Shown: positions 31,063 through 40,599 of the stretch, piece after piece | Position numbering within the stretch: position 1 is the stretch's first letter | Layout of the letters: every line of letters starts with the position of its first letter | NCBI GenBank assembly: GCA_030066685.1 | Contig: JASJBF010000003.1 | Location: 110,576-174,575, forward strand | DNA: 64,000 nt | Direction of reading: 5' to 3' | From: Kiloniellales bacterium | GTDB lineage: Bacteria; Pseudomonadota; Alphaproteobacteria; Kiloniellales; JAKSBE01 | Translations under genes and position numbers: made by a program | The notes under the pieces: generated by a model | What the model was told of the DNA's origin: nothing | The model's database searches: none | Seen by the model: only the letters and a program-made list of their open reading frames with translations

Positions 31063-31212
31063 ATGCAAAGAGCCACTTCGAGATCCCAGCGAAGCCGGGC
31101 CGCGGCTGAGACCGCCGCGCTCATCGAGCTGCTCGGCAGCTACGAGAACTACGGCCAGGTGCGGGACCCCTCGCACGCTGCCGAGGACGGCACGGAGGGC
31201 GCCTGCGCATGA
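31063..31212 (+). CDS. Candidate small ORF (49 aa), translationally coupled to the downstream gene
   Basis: Not in the ORF track because it is under 60 aa. An AGGAGA SD lies 6 nt before ATG 31063. The product is MQRATSRSQRSRAAAETAALIELLGSYENYGQVRDPSHAAEDGTEGACA. Its TGA overlaps the next ATG (ATGA at 31209). Confidence 0.35.
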   Translation: MQRATSRSQRSRAAAETAALIELLGSYENYGQVRDPSHAAEDGTEGACA

Positions 31213-31838
31213 CCCGGACCTACAGCAGCGACGTCGCCTTCAGCCCTGCCGTCAAGGCGATGCAGGAGAGGCTGGGCTCGCGCGCCGGTTACGCCCGGAT
31301 GGAGGAGAAGGACGGCTGGAAGACGGCCGTCACCCCCGACCTGGCCGGCTTCCTCGCCCAGCGCGATTCCTTCTATCTGGCGACCGCCAGCGCCGAGGGC
31401 CAGCCCTACATCCAGCACCGCGGCGGCCCCAAGGGCTTCCTCCGGGTGATCGACGAGGAGACCCTGGGCTTCGCCGACTTCGGCGGCAACCGCCAGTACA
31501 TCTCCCTCGGCAACCTCTCGGAGAACGACCGTGCGCAGCTCTTCCTGATGGACTATGCGAACCGGCGCAGGGTGAAGGTCTGGGGCCGGGCCAAGGTGGT
31601 GGAGGACGATCCCTTCCTGCTGGAGCGCCTGGCCGATTCGGACTATCCGGGCAAGCCCGAGCGCGCGATCCTCTTCACCGTCGAGGCCTGGGACGTCAAC
31701 TGTCCCCAGCACATCACCCCGCGCTTTACCGAAGAGGACCTGGCCCCGGGCATCGGCAAGCTCAAGGCCCGCATCCTGGAGCTGGAGGCCGAGGTCGCCC
31801 GGCTGAAGGGGACCGGGAGTCCGGCCGAGACGCCATGA
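31209..31838 (+). CDS. Pyridoxamine 5'-phosphate oxidase-family (FMN-binding split-barrel) protein
   Basis: 209 aa. FYLATASAEGQPYIQHRGGPKGFLRV...FADFGGNRQYISLGNL...AQLFLMDY...RRVKVWG is the PNPOx-like pattern. There is a C-terminal coiled-coil-like tail. Confidence 0.8.
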   Translation: MTRTYSSDVAFSPAVKAMQERLGSRAGYARMEEKDGWKTAVTPDLAGFLAQRDSFYLATASAEGQPYIQHRGGPKGFLRVIDEETLGFADFGGNRQYISLGNLSENDRAQLFLMDYANRRRVKVWGRAKVVEDDPFLLERLADSDYPGKPERAILFTVEAWDVNCPQHITPRFTEEDLAPGIGKLKARILELEAEVARLKGTGSPAETP

Positions 31839-32359
31839 CTCTCCTCGACGAGATTGCGGCCTTCGACGGCAAGCACATCGCCCCGCTGGAAGACCTCGCC
31901 GCGCGGCTCTCCCCGGATCCGCAGGTCATCCGGGAGCTCATCGGCCTTGCCCGGCGCGACGATCCTCTGCTGCAGGCGGCGGCCACATGGTTGCTGAAGC
32001 GGCTCCAGGAGGGCGGCGCTGCCTTCTCCGAGCCGGAGGTCGAAGCCCTCTTGGACCTGCTCGATCAGGTCGCTGACTGGGAAGCAAGGCTGCATCTTCT
32101 CCAGATCCTGCCGGTCGTGCAGGTTCCCGAGGGCTGCAAGGAGGACCTGCATCGCCTGCTCGGGCGCAGCCTGCGGGACGAGAACAAGTTCGTCCGCGCC
32201 TGGTCGTACACCGCGCTGGCGGAGCTGGCGGCACAATTCGCCGATCTCAGGGACGAGGTTGCCGAACGCCTGCGGCTCGGCCAGCGGGACGAGGCCGCCT
32301 CGGTGAGGGCCAGGATACGCAACGTCCTGAAGACGCACCCCTGGCTCTCTTCCGCCTAG
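31835..32359 (+). CDS. Hypothetical all-helical (HEAT/ARM-like repeat) protein
   Basis: 174 aa with an ATGA overlap onto the upstream gene. It has Leu/Ala-rich helical repeats and a segment DENKFVRAWSYTALAELA. The family is not confidently recognised. Confidence 0.6.
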   Translation: MTLLDEIAAFDGKHIAPLEDLAARLSPDPQVIRELIGLARRDDPLLQAAATWLLKRLQEGGAAFSEPEVEALLDLLDQVADWEARLHLLQILPVVQVPEGCKEDLHRLLGRSLRDENKFVRAWSYTALAELAAQFADLRDEVAERLRLGQRDEAASVRARIRNVLKTHPWLSSA

Positions 32360-32431
32360 CCGGCAAAGGCGCCATGGGAAGCGCGAAACCCGGACCAAGG
32401 CCAAGTGGCTTCAACGCCGGCGGGTGCGCCG

Positions 32432-32923
32432 CTATGGCGGCCAGGTCTCGCCGTAGGTCCAGCCGTCGCCGTCGCGCTTTAGGACCACCGAGTTCAACCC
32501 CTCGGGCGCCGGCGCGACCCCGCGCTTCAGGTTCCAGAGCTCGATGCGGTCGGTGGCCAGCTCGACCAGGACCACGTCCGGATCCTCCGGTCCGCCCGGG
32601 TGCCAGCGGTAGCTTTCGTCGCGCCAGACCGAGCGCTTCACCTTGACGTCGTCGATGATCTCCGGCCGGCCGAGCAACGCGACGTAGGCGGCCTCGGGAT
32701 CGTACTGGTAGGCCAGGGTCAGACGGCCGGAACGCTCGATTTCCGCGACCTTGCGGCAGCGCCGGTTGGTCATGAAGCCGACGCTCCAGTCCTCGCGCAG
32801 CGCGCTCGGCTGGATGACCCGCGCATTGGCCTCCGTCTGCCCATCCGCCACGGTGACCGCGAAGCAATAGGTCACCTTGCCGATGGTCTCGCGGGCGATG
32901 CGCAGCAGCGCCTCGGTGTCCAC
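32432..32923 (-). CDS. Pyridoxamine 5'-phosphate oxidase-family protein (general-stress-protein-26-like)
   Basis: 163 aa. YCFAVTVADGQTEANARVIQP...WSVGFMTNRRCRKVAEIE...RLTLAY. Confidence 0.7.
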   Translation of the reverse strand: MDTEALLRIARETIGKVTYCFAVTVADGQTEANARVIQPSALREDWSVGFMTNRRCRKVAEIERSGRLTLAYQYDPEAAYVALLGRPEIIDDVKVKRSVWRDESYRWHPGGPEDPDVVLVELATDRIELWNLKRGVAPAPEGLNSVVLKRDGDGWTYGETWPP

Positions 32924-32933
32924 GGACCCGGCC

Positions 32934-33350
32934 TCACCCCGGCAGGCGCGCGACGGCGGAGACCTCGACCATCAGCTCGGGCCGGGCCAAGCCGCCGATG
33001 ATCAGCAAAGTGTTGGCCGGGTAGTTACCCTCCGGGAAGAGGCGATCGTAGGCCGCCGTGCGGGCGGCGAGCCAGGGCTCGCGCGACTCCGGGCCGACGA
33101 TGTAGGTGGTGAACTCCAGCACCTCCGAGAAGCCGATACCGAGGTCCGCGAGGATCAGACCGATGTTGTCCAGCACCACCGGGGTCTGGGCCGCGACGTC
33201 GTGCGGTCCGACGATCTCGCCTGCGGCATCGACCGCGACCTGGCCGGCGATGAAGGCAAGCCGCCCGGGCTCGGCGATCGCGACGTTGCTGTAAAGGCCC
33301 AGCGGCGCCGGCGCGCCCGGCGGGTTCAGGTAGGTGACGGTCTTGGACAT
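32934..33350 (-). CDS. RidA family protein (second copy in window)
   Basis: Start chosen at MSKTVTY (33350), preceded by CAGGAGGAG. LYSNVAIAEPGRLAFIAGQVA...VLDNIGLIL...EVLEFTTYI...PANTLL. Confidence 0.8.
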   Translation of the reverse strand: MSKTVTYLNPPGAPAPLGLYSNVAIAEPGRLAFIAGQVAVDAAGEIVGPHDVAAQTPVVLDNIGLILADLGIGFSEVLEFTTYIVGPESREPWLAARTAAYDRLFPEGNYPANTLLIIGGLARPELMVEVSAVARLPG

Positions 33351-33569
33351 ATCGGGCTCCTCCTGCAGGCGAAGATCCCCGCCAGGATCACACTTGGCGG
33401 AACGTCGCGCCAGGGGCTTTGAGCGGTGACGCGCCGGACTGGCCGGGGCCTTCCCGGGCCGGCTCACCCGGGCCTTCGGGCCGCCTGCCGCTTTGTTAAC
33501 CTGTTTCCTTTAGGACGGGGCAGCCGTCGGAGGCGTTGTGCACGCCGTGGCGGCGGAATAGAGGCGAAT

Positions 33570-34064
33570 ATGATGACCGAGAAGACCGTCCGGCTAAAGC
33601 CGCCCGAGCCGATCTACACCCTGTTCAATGCCGTCCGGCAGGGGCTCCCCGACGTGGTCGTGGTCAACGAAGCCTTGCTCGCCTTCACAGCCTTCGATGT
33701 TTTTCCCTGGCATCTGATGGTCCGCATCGAGGCGAAGGACATCGCCGAGAACGGCATGCCGTCCCGGGCGGAAAGTGATGTGCTGCTGGATCTGGCCGAG
33801 AAGATCGAAGCCACGCTCCTCGACGCGACGACGGATCAGGGGGCTGCGAACGTCCTCTTCCTGGCGCGGAGCACCTGGAACGAGCAGTGCGAGCTGGACT
33901 ATTACGTCCACGACCCCGAGATCGCCCACGAGGCCTTGCAGGTCTTGATCAAGGATCCGTCCAGGCCGCGCCCCTGGGAGTACAGGATGGAGGCCGATCC
34001 GAACTGGGAGGGGGCCGCGCCCTTCTTCAAGCTGTTTCCGATCGCGAAGGGCCACGACAGCTGA
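33570..34064 (+). CDS. DUF695-like protein
   Basis: Start chosen at MMTEKT (33570). FPWHLMVRIEAKDIAENGMPSRAESDVLLDLAEKIEATL...FLARSTWNEQCELDYYVHDPE matches the DUF695 pattern. Confidence 0.6.
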   Translation: MMTEKTVRLKPPEPIYTLFNAVRQGLPDVVVVNEALLAFTAFDVFPWHLMVRIEAKDIAENGMPSRAESDVLLDLAEKIEATLLDATTDQGAANVLFLARSTWNEQCELDYYVHDPEIAHEALQVLIKDPSRPRPWEYRMEADPNWEGAAPFFKLFPIAKGHDS

Positions 34065-34209
34065 ACCCGACGCCTGCCGGGCCACCTGTCCGATCGACAG
34101 CCACGGCAGGGGCCGCGCCCGCGACGCGGCGGCATTTCCGGCCGCCGCGCAGGCCGTTAGTATGGCGGGGCACGCCTCTGCACCCGCTTGCGATTCGGAG
34201 AGATGCGCC

Positions 34210-34998
34210 ATGTCGACATCGGCGGCAGAAAGCCGGCTCAGCCTGCGGTCCTATGCGCCGGCGCAGGAGGTCCACCGTCATCCCCATCACCAGATTGTGC
34301 TGCCGCTCGAGGGCCGGCTCGAGATGGAGACCGACATTGCCGGCGCGGCCGTCGACGAGACCACGGCCGCGGTGATCACGGCAGGGCGGGAGCACGCCTT
34401 CCGGGCGCGCGGCGACAACCGCTTCCTGATCCTGGACGTGCCGGCGCGGGGCTGCGCGGCGGCGGCGGAGCTCTGGGACCTGGCCGCAGATGCGCCCTTC
34501 CTGGGTCTCGACGAGGGCCTGCAAGGGCTGCTGCTCTTCGCGCGCTCGCGACCGCAGGACGCGCTCGCGCCCGCGGCCTTTCGGTCGAGTTTGGGCAAAC
34601 TGATCCTGCAGGGCCTGACCCATTGCGCGCGCGGTGCGGAGACTGGGGCGCCGCAGGCACTGCGGCGGGCCACCGCCTTCCTCCATCGGCGCTACGATTC
34701 GCCGCTGACCACGGACGAGATCGCAGCGGTTGCCGGAGTCAGCCCTGCGACCTTGCACCGTCACTTCGGCGCCTGGCACGGCAGCTCCCCCATGCGCTAC
34801 CTGGGACGCCTGCGCCTGGAGCGCGCCAAGGCCTTGCTCGCCACGACCCGGAAGCCGATCGCCGAGATCGCGCTGGACTGCGGCTATTCGGAGCAGAGCG
34901 CGCTGACCCGAGCGCTGCGGCGGGAGGCCGGCGTCACACCGGCGCGCTATCGGCGGGACCACAGCCGCCGGCGCCGAGGGCCTGGGTCAAAAATCTGA
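34210..34998 (+). CDS. AraC family transcriptional regulator (cupin-type sensor plus HTH)
   Basis: The N-terminal segment is [19 protein letters not shown]. The C-terminal AraC HTH is [16 protein letters not shown]...[29 protein letters not shown]. The start is 34162 or 34210. Confidence 0.88.
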   Translation: MSTSAAESRLSLRSYAPAQEVHRHPHHQIVLPLEGRLEMETDIAGAAVDETTAAVITAGREHAFRARGDNRFLILDVPARGCAAAAELWDLAADAPFLGLDEGLQGLLLFARSRPQDALAPAAFRSSLGKLILQGLTHCARGAETGAPQALRRATAFLHRRYDSPLTTDEIAAVAGVSPATLHRHFGAWHGSSPMRYLGRLRLERAKALLATTRKPIAEIALDCGYSEQSALTRALRREAGVTPARYRRDHSRRRRGPGSKI

Positions 34999-35065
34999 GC
35001 GGCGGGGTCAAGACAGGCCGCGGCGCGGTGGGATAAGTCTGGTCTCGAAACGAGGAGAGACCGCC

Positions 35066-35782
35066 ATGCGACTGAGCGACTTCAAGGTCCTGACCTTCGA
35101 CTGCTACGGCACCCTGATCGACTGGGAGAGCGGCATGGTCGCCGCGCTCGAGCCCTTGACCGAGCGCGTAGGGCGGCCGTTGACCCGGGACGAGATCCTG
35201 GAGGCCCACGCCCGCCACGAATCCGCGCAGCAGCGCCAGACCCCCGGCATGCGCTACCGCGACCTCCTGGCCGTGGTCTGCCGCCGCCTGGCCGAGGAGT
35301 GGGGCGTCGCCCTGCCCTGGGCGGACTGCCTCGCCTATGGCCGGTCGGTGAAGGACTGGCCGGCCTTCCCGGACAGCGCCGAGGCGCTGCGCAGTCTCAA
35401 GCGGCACTACAAGCTGGTCATCCTGTCGAACGTCGACAACGAGAGCTTCGCCGCCAGCAACGCCAAGCTCGGCGTCGAGTTCGACGCCATCTACACGGCC
35501 GAGGACATCGGGTCCTACAAGCCCGCGGACGGCAACTTCGACTACATGCTGGACAAGCTCGCGACCCTCGGCCTCGGCAAGGCCGACGTCCTGCACACGG
35601 CGGAGAGCCTGTTCCACGACCACGCCCCGGCGAACAGGCACGGCCTCAAGTCCTGCTGGATCTACCGCCGCCACGACCAGGAGGGCTTCGGCGCCACCAT
35701 GGACCCCGGCGAGATGCCCCGGATCGACTTCCGCTTCAATTCCATGGCCGAGCTCGCCGCGGCGCGTGAGGCGGAAGCATAG
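35066..35782 (+). CDS. HAD-superfamily hydrolase (haloacid dehalogenase-like)
   Basis: 238 aa. Motif I is [12 protein letters not shown], motif II is ILSNVD, followed by YKP and the distal Asp region. Confidence 0.85.
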   Translation: MRLSDFKVLTFDCYGTLIDWESGMVAALEPLTERVGRPLTRDEILEAHARHESAQQRQTPGMRYRDLLAVVCRRLAEEWGVALPWADCLAYGRSVKDWPAFPDSAEALRSLKRHYKLVILSNVDNESFAASNAKLGVEFDAIYTAEDIGSYKPADGNFDYMLDKLATLGLGKADVLHTAESLFHDHAPANRHGLKSCWIYRRHDQEGFGATMDPGEMPRIDFRFNSMAELAAAREAEA

Positions 35783-35839
35783 GCGTGAGGGCGGTGGGCC
35801 GAAGCGGGTGCTGCGTGGCTCGACCCCGCGGAGGGGGCC

Positions 35840-35981
35840 ATGGATGCCCGGATCAAGTCCGGGCACGACAGTGCCCGGAAAATAAATTCAGTGCTAGCTG
35901 TCATCACCGGGCTTGACCCGGTGATCCATAGTCGATGCCGGGCGCCCGGCTGCGCCATGCAGGTCAAGCCCGCGCAGAACG
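35840..35981. repeat. Composite of palindromic MITE/REP-like units (R unit, L-variant unit, degenerate R unit)
   Basis: atggatgcccggatcaagtccgggcacgacag (35840..35871) is the reverse complement of the L unit seen at 38343 and 40603. ctagctgtcatcaccgggcttgacccggtgatccat lies at 35895..35929. A degenerate atgcaggtcaagcccgcgcagaacg lies at 35957..35981. Confidence 0.75.
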
Positions 35982-36244
35982 CTCCAGCGCCGCTGCTTTT
36001 CGGCAGACTGGAGAGTCTCCGCCATCTTCATTCGGTGAGCCGAGCAGAAGGCGCGTGAAGTCTCACGGCGCCGTGACATCGTCGGGAGATATTCGAGCGA
36101 AAACGTGTCTCGCCCTTTCGCAGCGGCTCGCCCACTTGGCTTGGTGCGAAGGGGCGCAGTGCCCGCGGATCCGTCGCGTGGCCCGAGCGGGGCCGCAGTG
36201 ATAGCGTAGCGGTCGCTCGCACGACCGAGTCTCGGGGAGGAACA

Positions 36245-38302
36245 ATGGACAGCGCGCGCACACAGGCCGCCGCGGCGATCGCCGAGCCGCCGGCCATCGT
36301 CTGCAACACGGTTCGCTGGTCCCAGGTCCTGAAGGGCCTGTCGCTCATGACGATCTGGCCGCTGCTCGATCTGGCGATCCGGCTATGGTTCGGCTTCCGC
36401 CTCTTTCCCGTCGACATGATGATGCCCGTGGGGCCGCTGCTGGGCCTCCTGCTCGCCTTCGGCTTTCTGACCCAGCCGGTCGCCGCCGTCACCATCTGGT
36501 ATTGCGTCACCGCCGCGATCGGCTTCGCCGGCCACGCGGCCGAGATCGCCCTCCTGGTCTGGCTGACCGTCGCCGGCGCCTCCTACATCTCCCTCGACTG
36601 GGCCTTCGCCGCCGGCGCGCGCAGCATCGCGCTGCCCGGCGTCGACCGGGTCAGCGGCTGGGGCCGTCGGCTTGCCGAGCTGGGCGAGCCGGTCCTGCTG
36701 CTCCTCATGCGCCTGCTCGCGGCGCTGATCCTGCTCGCGATCCTGGGCAGCGATCTCGGCGGCTGGCGTTTCTTCCTGCTCAGCGGCTGGCGCATCGAGA
36801 TCGGGCCGGCCGCTCTGCAGGGCCTGATCTACGTCGTCGCGGCCCTGCTCGCGCTTGGTTTCCTGACCCGCGTGGCCGCCCTGGCCGCCGGCCTGACGCT
36901 GCTGGCGCTGGGCGGGCTGGCAGCGGCGGGCCCGATCCTGCTGCTCGCGGTCTTGGCCTTCCGCGGCGGCGGGCGTCTGACCCTCGACGGCTGGATCGCC
37001 GGGCGAGTCGCCGCGCGCTATCCGCATCTCTTTGCCCCGCCGGACTGGGACGACTCTCGGCTGCCCCACGTGGTCATCGTCGGCGCCGGGTTCGGCGGCC
37101 TGGCGGCGGCCAAGGCCTTCCGGCAGTCGCCCTGCCGGGTGACCCTGATCGACCGCCGCAACTACCACCTCTTCCAGCCGCTGCTCTACCAGGTCGCCAC
37201 GGCCGGGCTCTCGCCGGCCGACATCGCCATGCCGGTGCGCGCGGTCTTCCGCGACCAGGCCAACGTGCGGGTGTTGCTCGGCCGGGTCACCGGCGTCGAC
37301 CGCGCCGCGCGGCGGGTGCTGATCGGCGAGCGGGAGGTGCCTTACGACTACCTGATCCTGGCGACCGGCGCCCGGCACAGCTATTTCGGCAAGGACGCCT
37401 GGGAGCCCCTGGCCCCCGGCCTCAAGAAGATCGACGACGCGACCTCGATCCGGCGCCGCATCCTCCTGGCCTTCGAGCGGGCCGAGGACTGCGACGACCC
37501 GGAGGAGCGGGCCGCCTGGTTGACCTTCGTGGTCATCGGCGGCGGCCCGACCGGGGTCGAGATCGCCGGCGCCCTGGTCGAGCTGGCCCACCACGGCATG
37601 GCCGGCGACTTCCGCCGCGCCGACCCGACCCGGGCGCGGGTGATCCTGGTCGAGGGCGGGCCGCGGCCCCTGGGTGCCTTCACCGAGAGCCTCTCGGAGT
37701 ACAGCAGGCGGGCGCTGGAGGACCTCGGCGTCGAGGTCCGGGTCGGCACCCGGGTCGAGGAGATCGACGAGACCGGCGTGGTCGCCGGCGGCGAGCGGAT
37801 TGCGGCCCGCACCGTGGTCTGGGGCGCCGGAGTCATCGCCTCGGCCGCGCACAAGTGGCTCGGCGCCGAGCACGACCGGGCCGGCCGGGTGGTGGTCGGG
37901 CCGGACCTCTCGGTGCCGGGCGCGCCCGAGGTTTTCGTGATCGGCGACACCTGCCTCAGCACCGCCTGGAACGGCGACCCGGTGCCGGGCCTGGCGCCGG
38001 CGGCCAAGCAGGGCGGGGCCTACGTGGCTCGCGTGATCCACAACCGTATCGTCGGGCGCGCGGCGCCGCCGCCCTTCCGCTACCAGCACCAGGGCAGCCT
38101 GGCCACCATCGGGCGCCAGGCCGCCGTGGTCGACTTCGGCCGCTTCCGGCTCAAGGGCGCCCTGGCCTGGTGGTTCTGGGGCCTGGTCCACGTCTTCTTT
38201 CTGATCGGCACCCGCAACCGCATGTCGGTCATGCTGGAGTGGTTCTGGGCCTACCTGACCTTCCGCCGCGGCACCCGCCTGATCACCGGCAGCGAGGGGT
38301 GA
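36245..38302 (+). CDS. Fusion protein: N-terminal polytopic DoxX-like membrane domain plus type II NADH:quinone oxidoreductase (NDH-2)
   Basis: 685 aa. Residues 1 to about 270 are hydrophobic helices ending in GGGRLTLDGWI (DoxX-like G.GR.SLD). From about 280 the NDH-2 motifs follow: VVIVGAGFGGLAAAK, NYHLFQPLLYQVAT, VIGGGPTGVE and FVIGD. Confidence 0.85.
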   Translation: MDSARTQAAAAIAEPPAIVCNTVRWSQVLKGLSLMTIWPLLDLAIRLWFGFRLFPVDMMMPVGPLLGLLLAFGFLTQPVAAVTIWYCVTAAIGFAGHAAEIALLVWLTVAGASYISLDWAFAAGARSIALPGVDRVSGWGRRLAELGEPVLLLLMRLLAALILLAILGSDLGGWRFFLLSGWRIEIGPAALQGLIYVVAALLALGFLTRVAALAAGLTLLALGGLAAAGPILLLAVLAFRGGGRLTLDGWIAGRVAARYPHLFAPPDWDDSRLPHVVIVGAGFGGLAAAKAFRQSPCRVTLIDRRNYHLFQPLLYQVATAGLSPADIAMPVRAVFRDQANVRVLLGRVTGVDRAARRVLIGEREVPYDYLILATGARHSYFGKDAWEPLAPGLKKIDDATSIRRRILLAFERAEDCDDPEERAAWLTFVVIGGGPTGVEIAGALVELAHHGMAGDFRRADPTRARVILVEGGPRPLGAFTESLSEYSRRALEDLGVEVRVGTRVEEIDETGVVAGGERIAARTVVWGAGVIASAAHKWLGAEHDRAGRVVVGPDLSVPGAPEVFVIGDTCLSTAWNGDPVPGLAPAAKQGGAYVARVIHNRIVGRAAPPPFRYQHQGSLATIGRQAAVVDFGRFRLKGALAWWFWGLVHVFFLIGTRNRMSVMLEWFWAYLTFRRGTRLITGSEG

Positions 38303-38342
38303 GGCGGGTGCGGGTAAGCTCAGTCGCCAGCACCAGACCTGA

Positions 38343-38441
38343 TGTCATGCCCGGACTTGATCCGGGCATCCATGGTGCCGCTTGCTCGATGGATCGCCGG
38401 ATCGCGCGAAGCGCCGCGCGTACGCGCTCCGGCGATGACAG
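38343..38441. repeat. Palindromic MITE/REP-like element (L unit plus expanded R unit)
   Basis: tgtcatgcccggacttgatccgggcatccatgg, then atggatcgccggatcgcgcg...ctccggcgatgacag. The ends are inverted (TGTCAT...ATGACA). Confidence 0.75.
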
Positions 38442-38480
38442 TCGGATATCAATCCTCCGGGCATTGCGACTGCCGCCCGC

Positions 38481-39629
38481 TCACCCCGCCGGCTCGAGGC
38501 GGAGCAGCTGGCCGTCGCCGCTGTCGGTCAGGATGTAGAGGAAGCCGTCGGGGCCCTGGCGAACGTCGCGGATGCGCTCGCCGAAGTCCTCGAGCAGGCG
38601 TTCCTCGTGGGCGACCCTGTCGCCGTCGAGCTCCAGGCGCACCAGGATCTCGCCGGAGAGCGCGCCGAGGAAAAGGTTGCCCCGCCACTGGGGGAAGGCC
38701 GCGCCGTCGTAGAAGGTCAGGCCCGAGGGCGAGATCGAGGGGACCCAGTACTTGGCGGGTTGGGCCATGCCCTCCTTCTCGCTGCCTTCGCCGATCGAGA
38801 AGCCGGCGTAGCTGCGGCCGTAGGTAATGACCGGCCAGCCGTAGTTGACCCCGGCGCGAACCAGGTTCAGTTCGTCGCCGCCGCGCGGGCCGTGCTCGAC
38901 CGCCCAGATCTGGTCGGTACCCGGGCGCCGGGTCATGCCCTGGGGATTGCGGTGGCCGTAGGAATAGATCTCCGGCCGTACGCCGGCCTGGCCGACGAAG
39001 GGGTTGTCCTCGGGCACCTCGCCGTCGTCGCGAATGCGCAGGACCGAGCCGTACATGTTGCCGCGGTCCTGGGCCTTGTCCGGATCGCCCCGGTCGCCGG
39101 AGGTGACATAGAGCAGGCCCTGGCGGTCGAAGACCAGGCGCGAGCCGAAGTGGCGGCCGCCGCCGCTCTTGGGCTGGAGCACTAGGAGCACGTCGAGGCC
39201 CTCCAGGCGGTCCTCAACGAAGCGCAGGCGCGCGACCTCGGTGCCGTAGTGGCCGCCCTGCTTGCCGGCGTAGGAGATGTAGAGGATGCGGTTCTCGGCA
39301 AAGTCCGGATGCAGGGCGATGTCGAGCAGGCCGCCCTGGCCGACCTCCTCGATCTCCGGCAGGCCCTCGATGGGCTCGGGGCGCAGCATGCCGTCGCGGA
39401 TCAGGCGCAGACGCCCGGGCTTCTCGGTCACCAGGATGTCGCCCTCCGGCAGGAAGGCCAGGCCCCAGGGGCTGTCGAGCCCGCCGGCCACCTCGACCAG
39501 CTTGAAGGCATGGCGCTCGCTGTCCTGGGTCTCGGCAGCCCGGGCCACGAAGGTGACCGAAAGCAAGAAGAGCGCCGCGAGCGAGAGCCCGGCCGCAAGG
39601 GTCCTAGGTCTGATGCTGGCGTGCCGCAT
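38481..39629 (-). CDS. PQQ-dependent sugar dehydrogenase (soluble aldose dehydrogenase, YliI-like), secreted
   Basis: Start chosen at MRHASIRPRT (39629), with a signal peptide. Motifs are GLDSPWGLAFLPEGDILVTEKPGRLRLI, YSYGHRNPQGM and DELN. Confidence 0.85.
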   Translation of the reverse strand: MRHASIRPRTLAAGLSLAALFLLSVTFVARAAETQDSERHAFKLVEVAGGLDSPWGLAFLPEGDILVTEKPGRLRLIRDGMLRPEPIEGLPEIEEVGQGGLLDIALHPDFAENRILYISYAGKQGGHYGTEVARLRFVEDRLEGLDVLLVLQPKSGGGRHFGSRLVFDRQGLLYVTSGDRGDPDKAQDRGNMYGSVLRIRDDGEVPEDNPFVGQAGVRPEIYSYGHRNPQGMTRRPGTDQIWAVEHGPRGGDELNLVRAGVNYGWPVITYGRSYAGFSIGEGSEKEGMAQPAKYWVPSISPSGLTFYDGAAFPQWRGNLFLGALSGEILVRLELDGDRVAHEERLLEDFGERIRDVRQGPDGFLYILTDSGDGQLLRLEPAG

Positions 39630-39726
39630 GGCCGAAACTCCCTGATGTCGTCGCCGTGTTGGGCGGGATATGGGGATCTTTGGCGGCGCTGGCCAGGGCG
39701 GAAGTACGCCCGGGGTCGGGCCCGGG

Positions 39727-40407
39727 TCAGCCCAGGTGCTCGGCCAGGAAGGCCAGGCTGCGCTCCTGGGCCAGGGCGGCGCTCTCGGCGTGGTAGCTGC
39801 CGCGCAGATCGCAGTTGAAGCCGTGGCCGGCCGGGTAGAGGTGGATCGGCACCTTTGGGTGCCGGCTGCGGACCGCCTCGACGTCCTCCAGCGGGATCGC
39901 CGAGTCCTGCTCGCCGAAGTGCAGCATGACCGGGCAGCGCGGCGTCTCACCGCTCAGCTCGCGGACCTGGCCGCCGTAGTAGCCGACCGCGGCGGCCACC
40001 GGCAGGCGGCAGGCCGCGAGCCAGGCGATCGAGCCGCCCCAGCAGTAGCCGACGACGCCGACCTTGCCGGCCTCGGCCGCGACGGCGATGGCGGCGGCAG
40101 TGTCCTCGGCCGCCTCCTCCCAGGAGGTCGCGGCCTTGAGCTCGCGGCCGTGGGCGACGTCCTCGGCCTCGTAGCCCAGCTCCAGACCGCGCTCGCGCCG
40201 GTCGAAGAGCGCCGGGGCGACGGCCATATAGCCGTCGCGGGCGAAGCCCTCGGTCACCGCGCGGATGTGCCGGTTGACACCGAAGATCTCCTGCACGATG
40301 ACCAGGCCGGCCTTGGGCACGCCCGCGGGCCTGGCCCGGTAGGCGCTCAGGCGATGGCCGTCGCCTGCCGTCAGCTCGATCATCCTGCCTCGCACGTCGT
40401 CGCTCAT
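39727..40407 (-). CDS. Dienelactone hydrolase family protein
   Basis: 226 aa. GLVIVQEIFGVN, the nucleophile elbow GYCWGG, and a distal HGF. Confidence 0.88.
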   Translation of the reverse strand: MSDDVRGRMIELTAGDGHRLSAYRARPAGVPKAGLVIVQEIFGVNRHIRAVTEGFARDGYMAVAPALFDRRERGLELGYEAEDVAHGRELKAATSWEEAAEDTAAAIAVAAEAGKVGVVGYCWGGSIAWLAACRLPVAAAVGYYGGQVRELSGETPRCPVMLHFGEQDSAIPLEDVEAVRSRHPKVPIHLYPAGHGFNCDLRGSYHAESAALAQERSLAFLAEHLG

Positions 40408-40599
40408 CCCGCCGTCTCCTCCTCTGTCCTGCGCGCCTTTCTACGACGGCGGCGGGTGCCGTGCCAGGCGCCGTGGCCTCCGGCGGGAAAAATCTGTGAC
40501 AAGGCCTTGCGCCGGATGACCGCCGCTTGCCACATCTGCCATACTGGATGTTGCGAGGCGTTCGCAACTGCCAAGGCTTGCGCGATGGCGACACTCGAA

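Noticed and set aside
34934-35866. ORFs beginning or ending with MPGLDPGIH / SCPDLIRASM-type peptides (34934..35866 -, 35662..35967 -, 38342..38827 +, 40404..40667 -, 40619..41254 +).
   Set aside because: These peptides are translations of the palindromic intergenic repeat units. The rest of each ORF is antisense to or out of frame with real genes.
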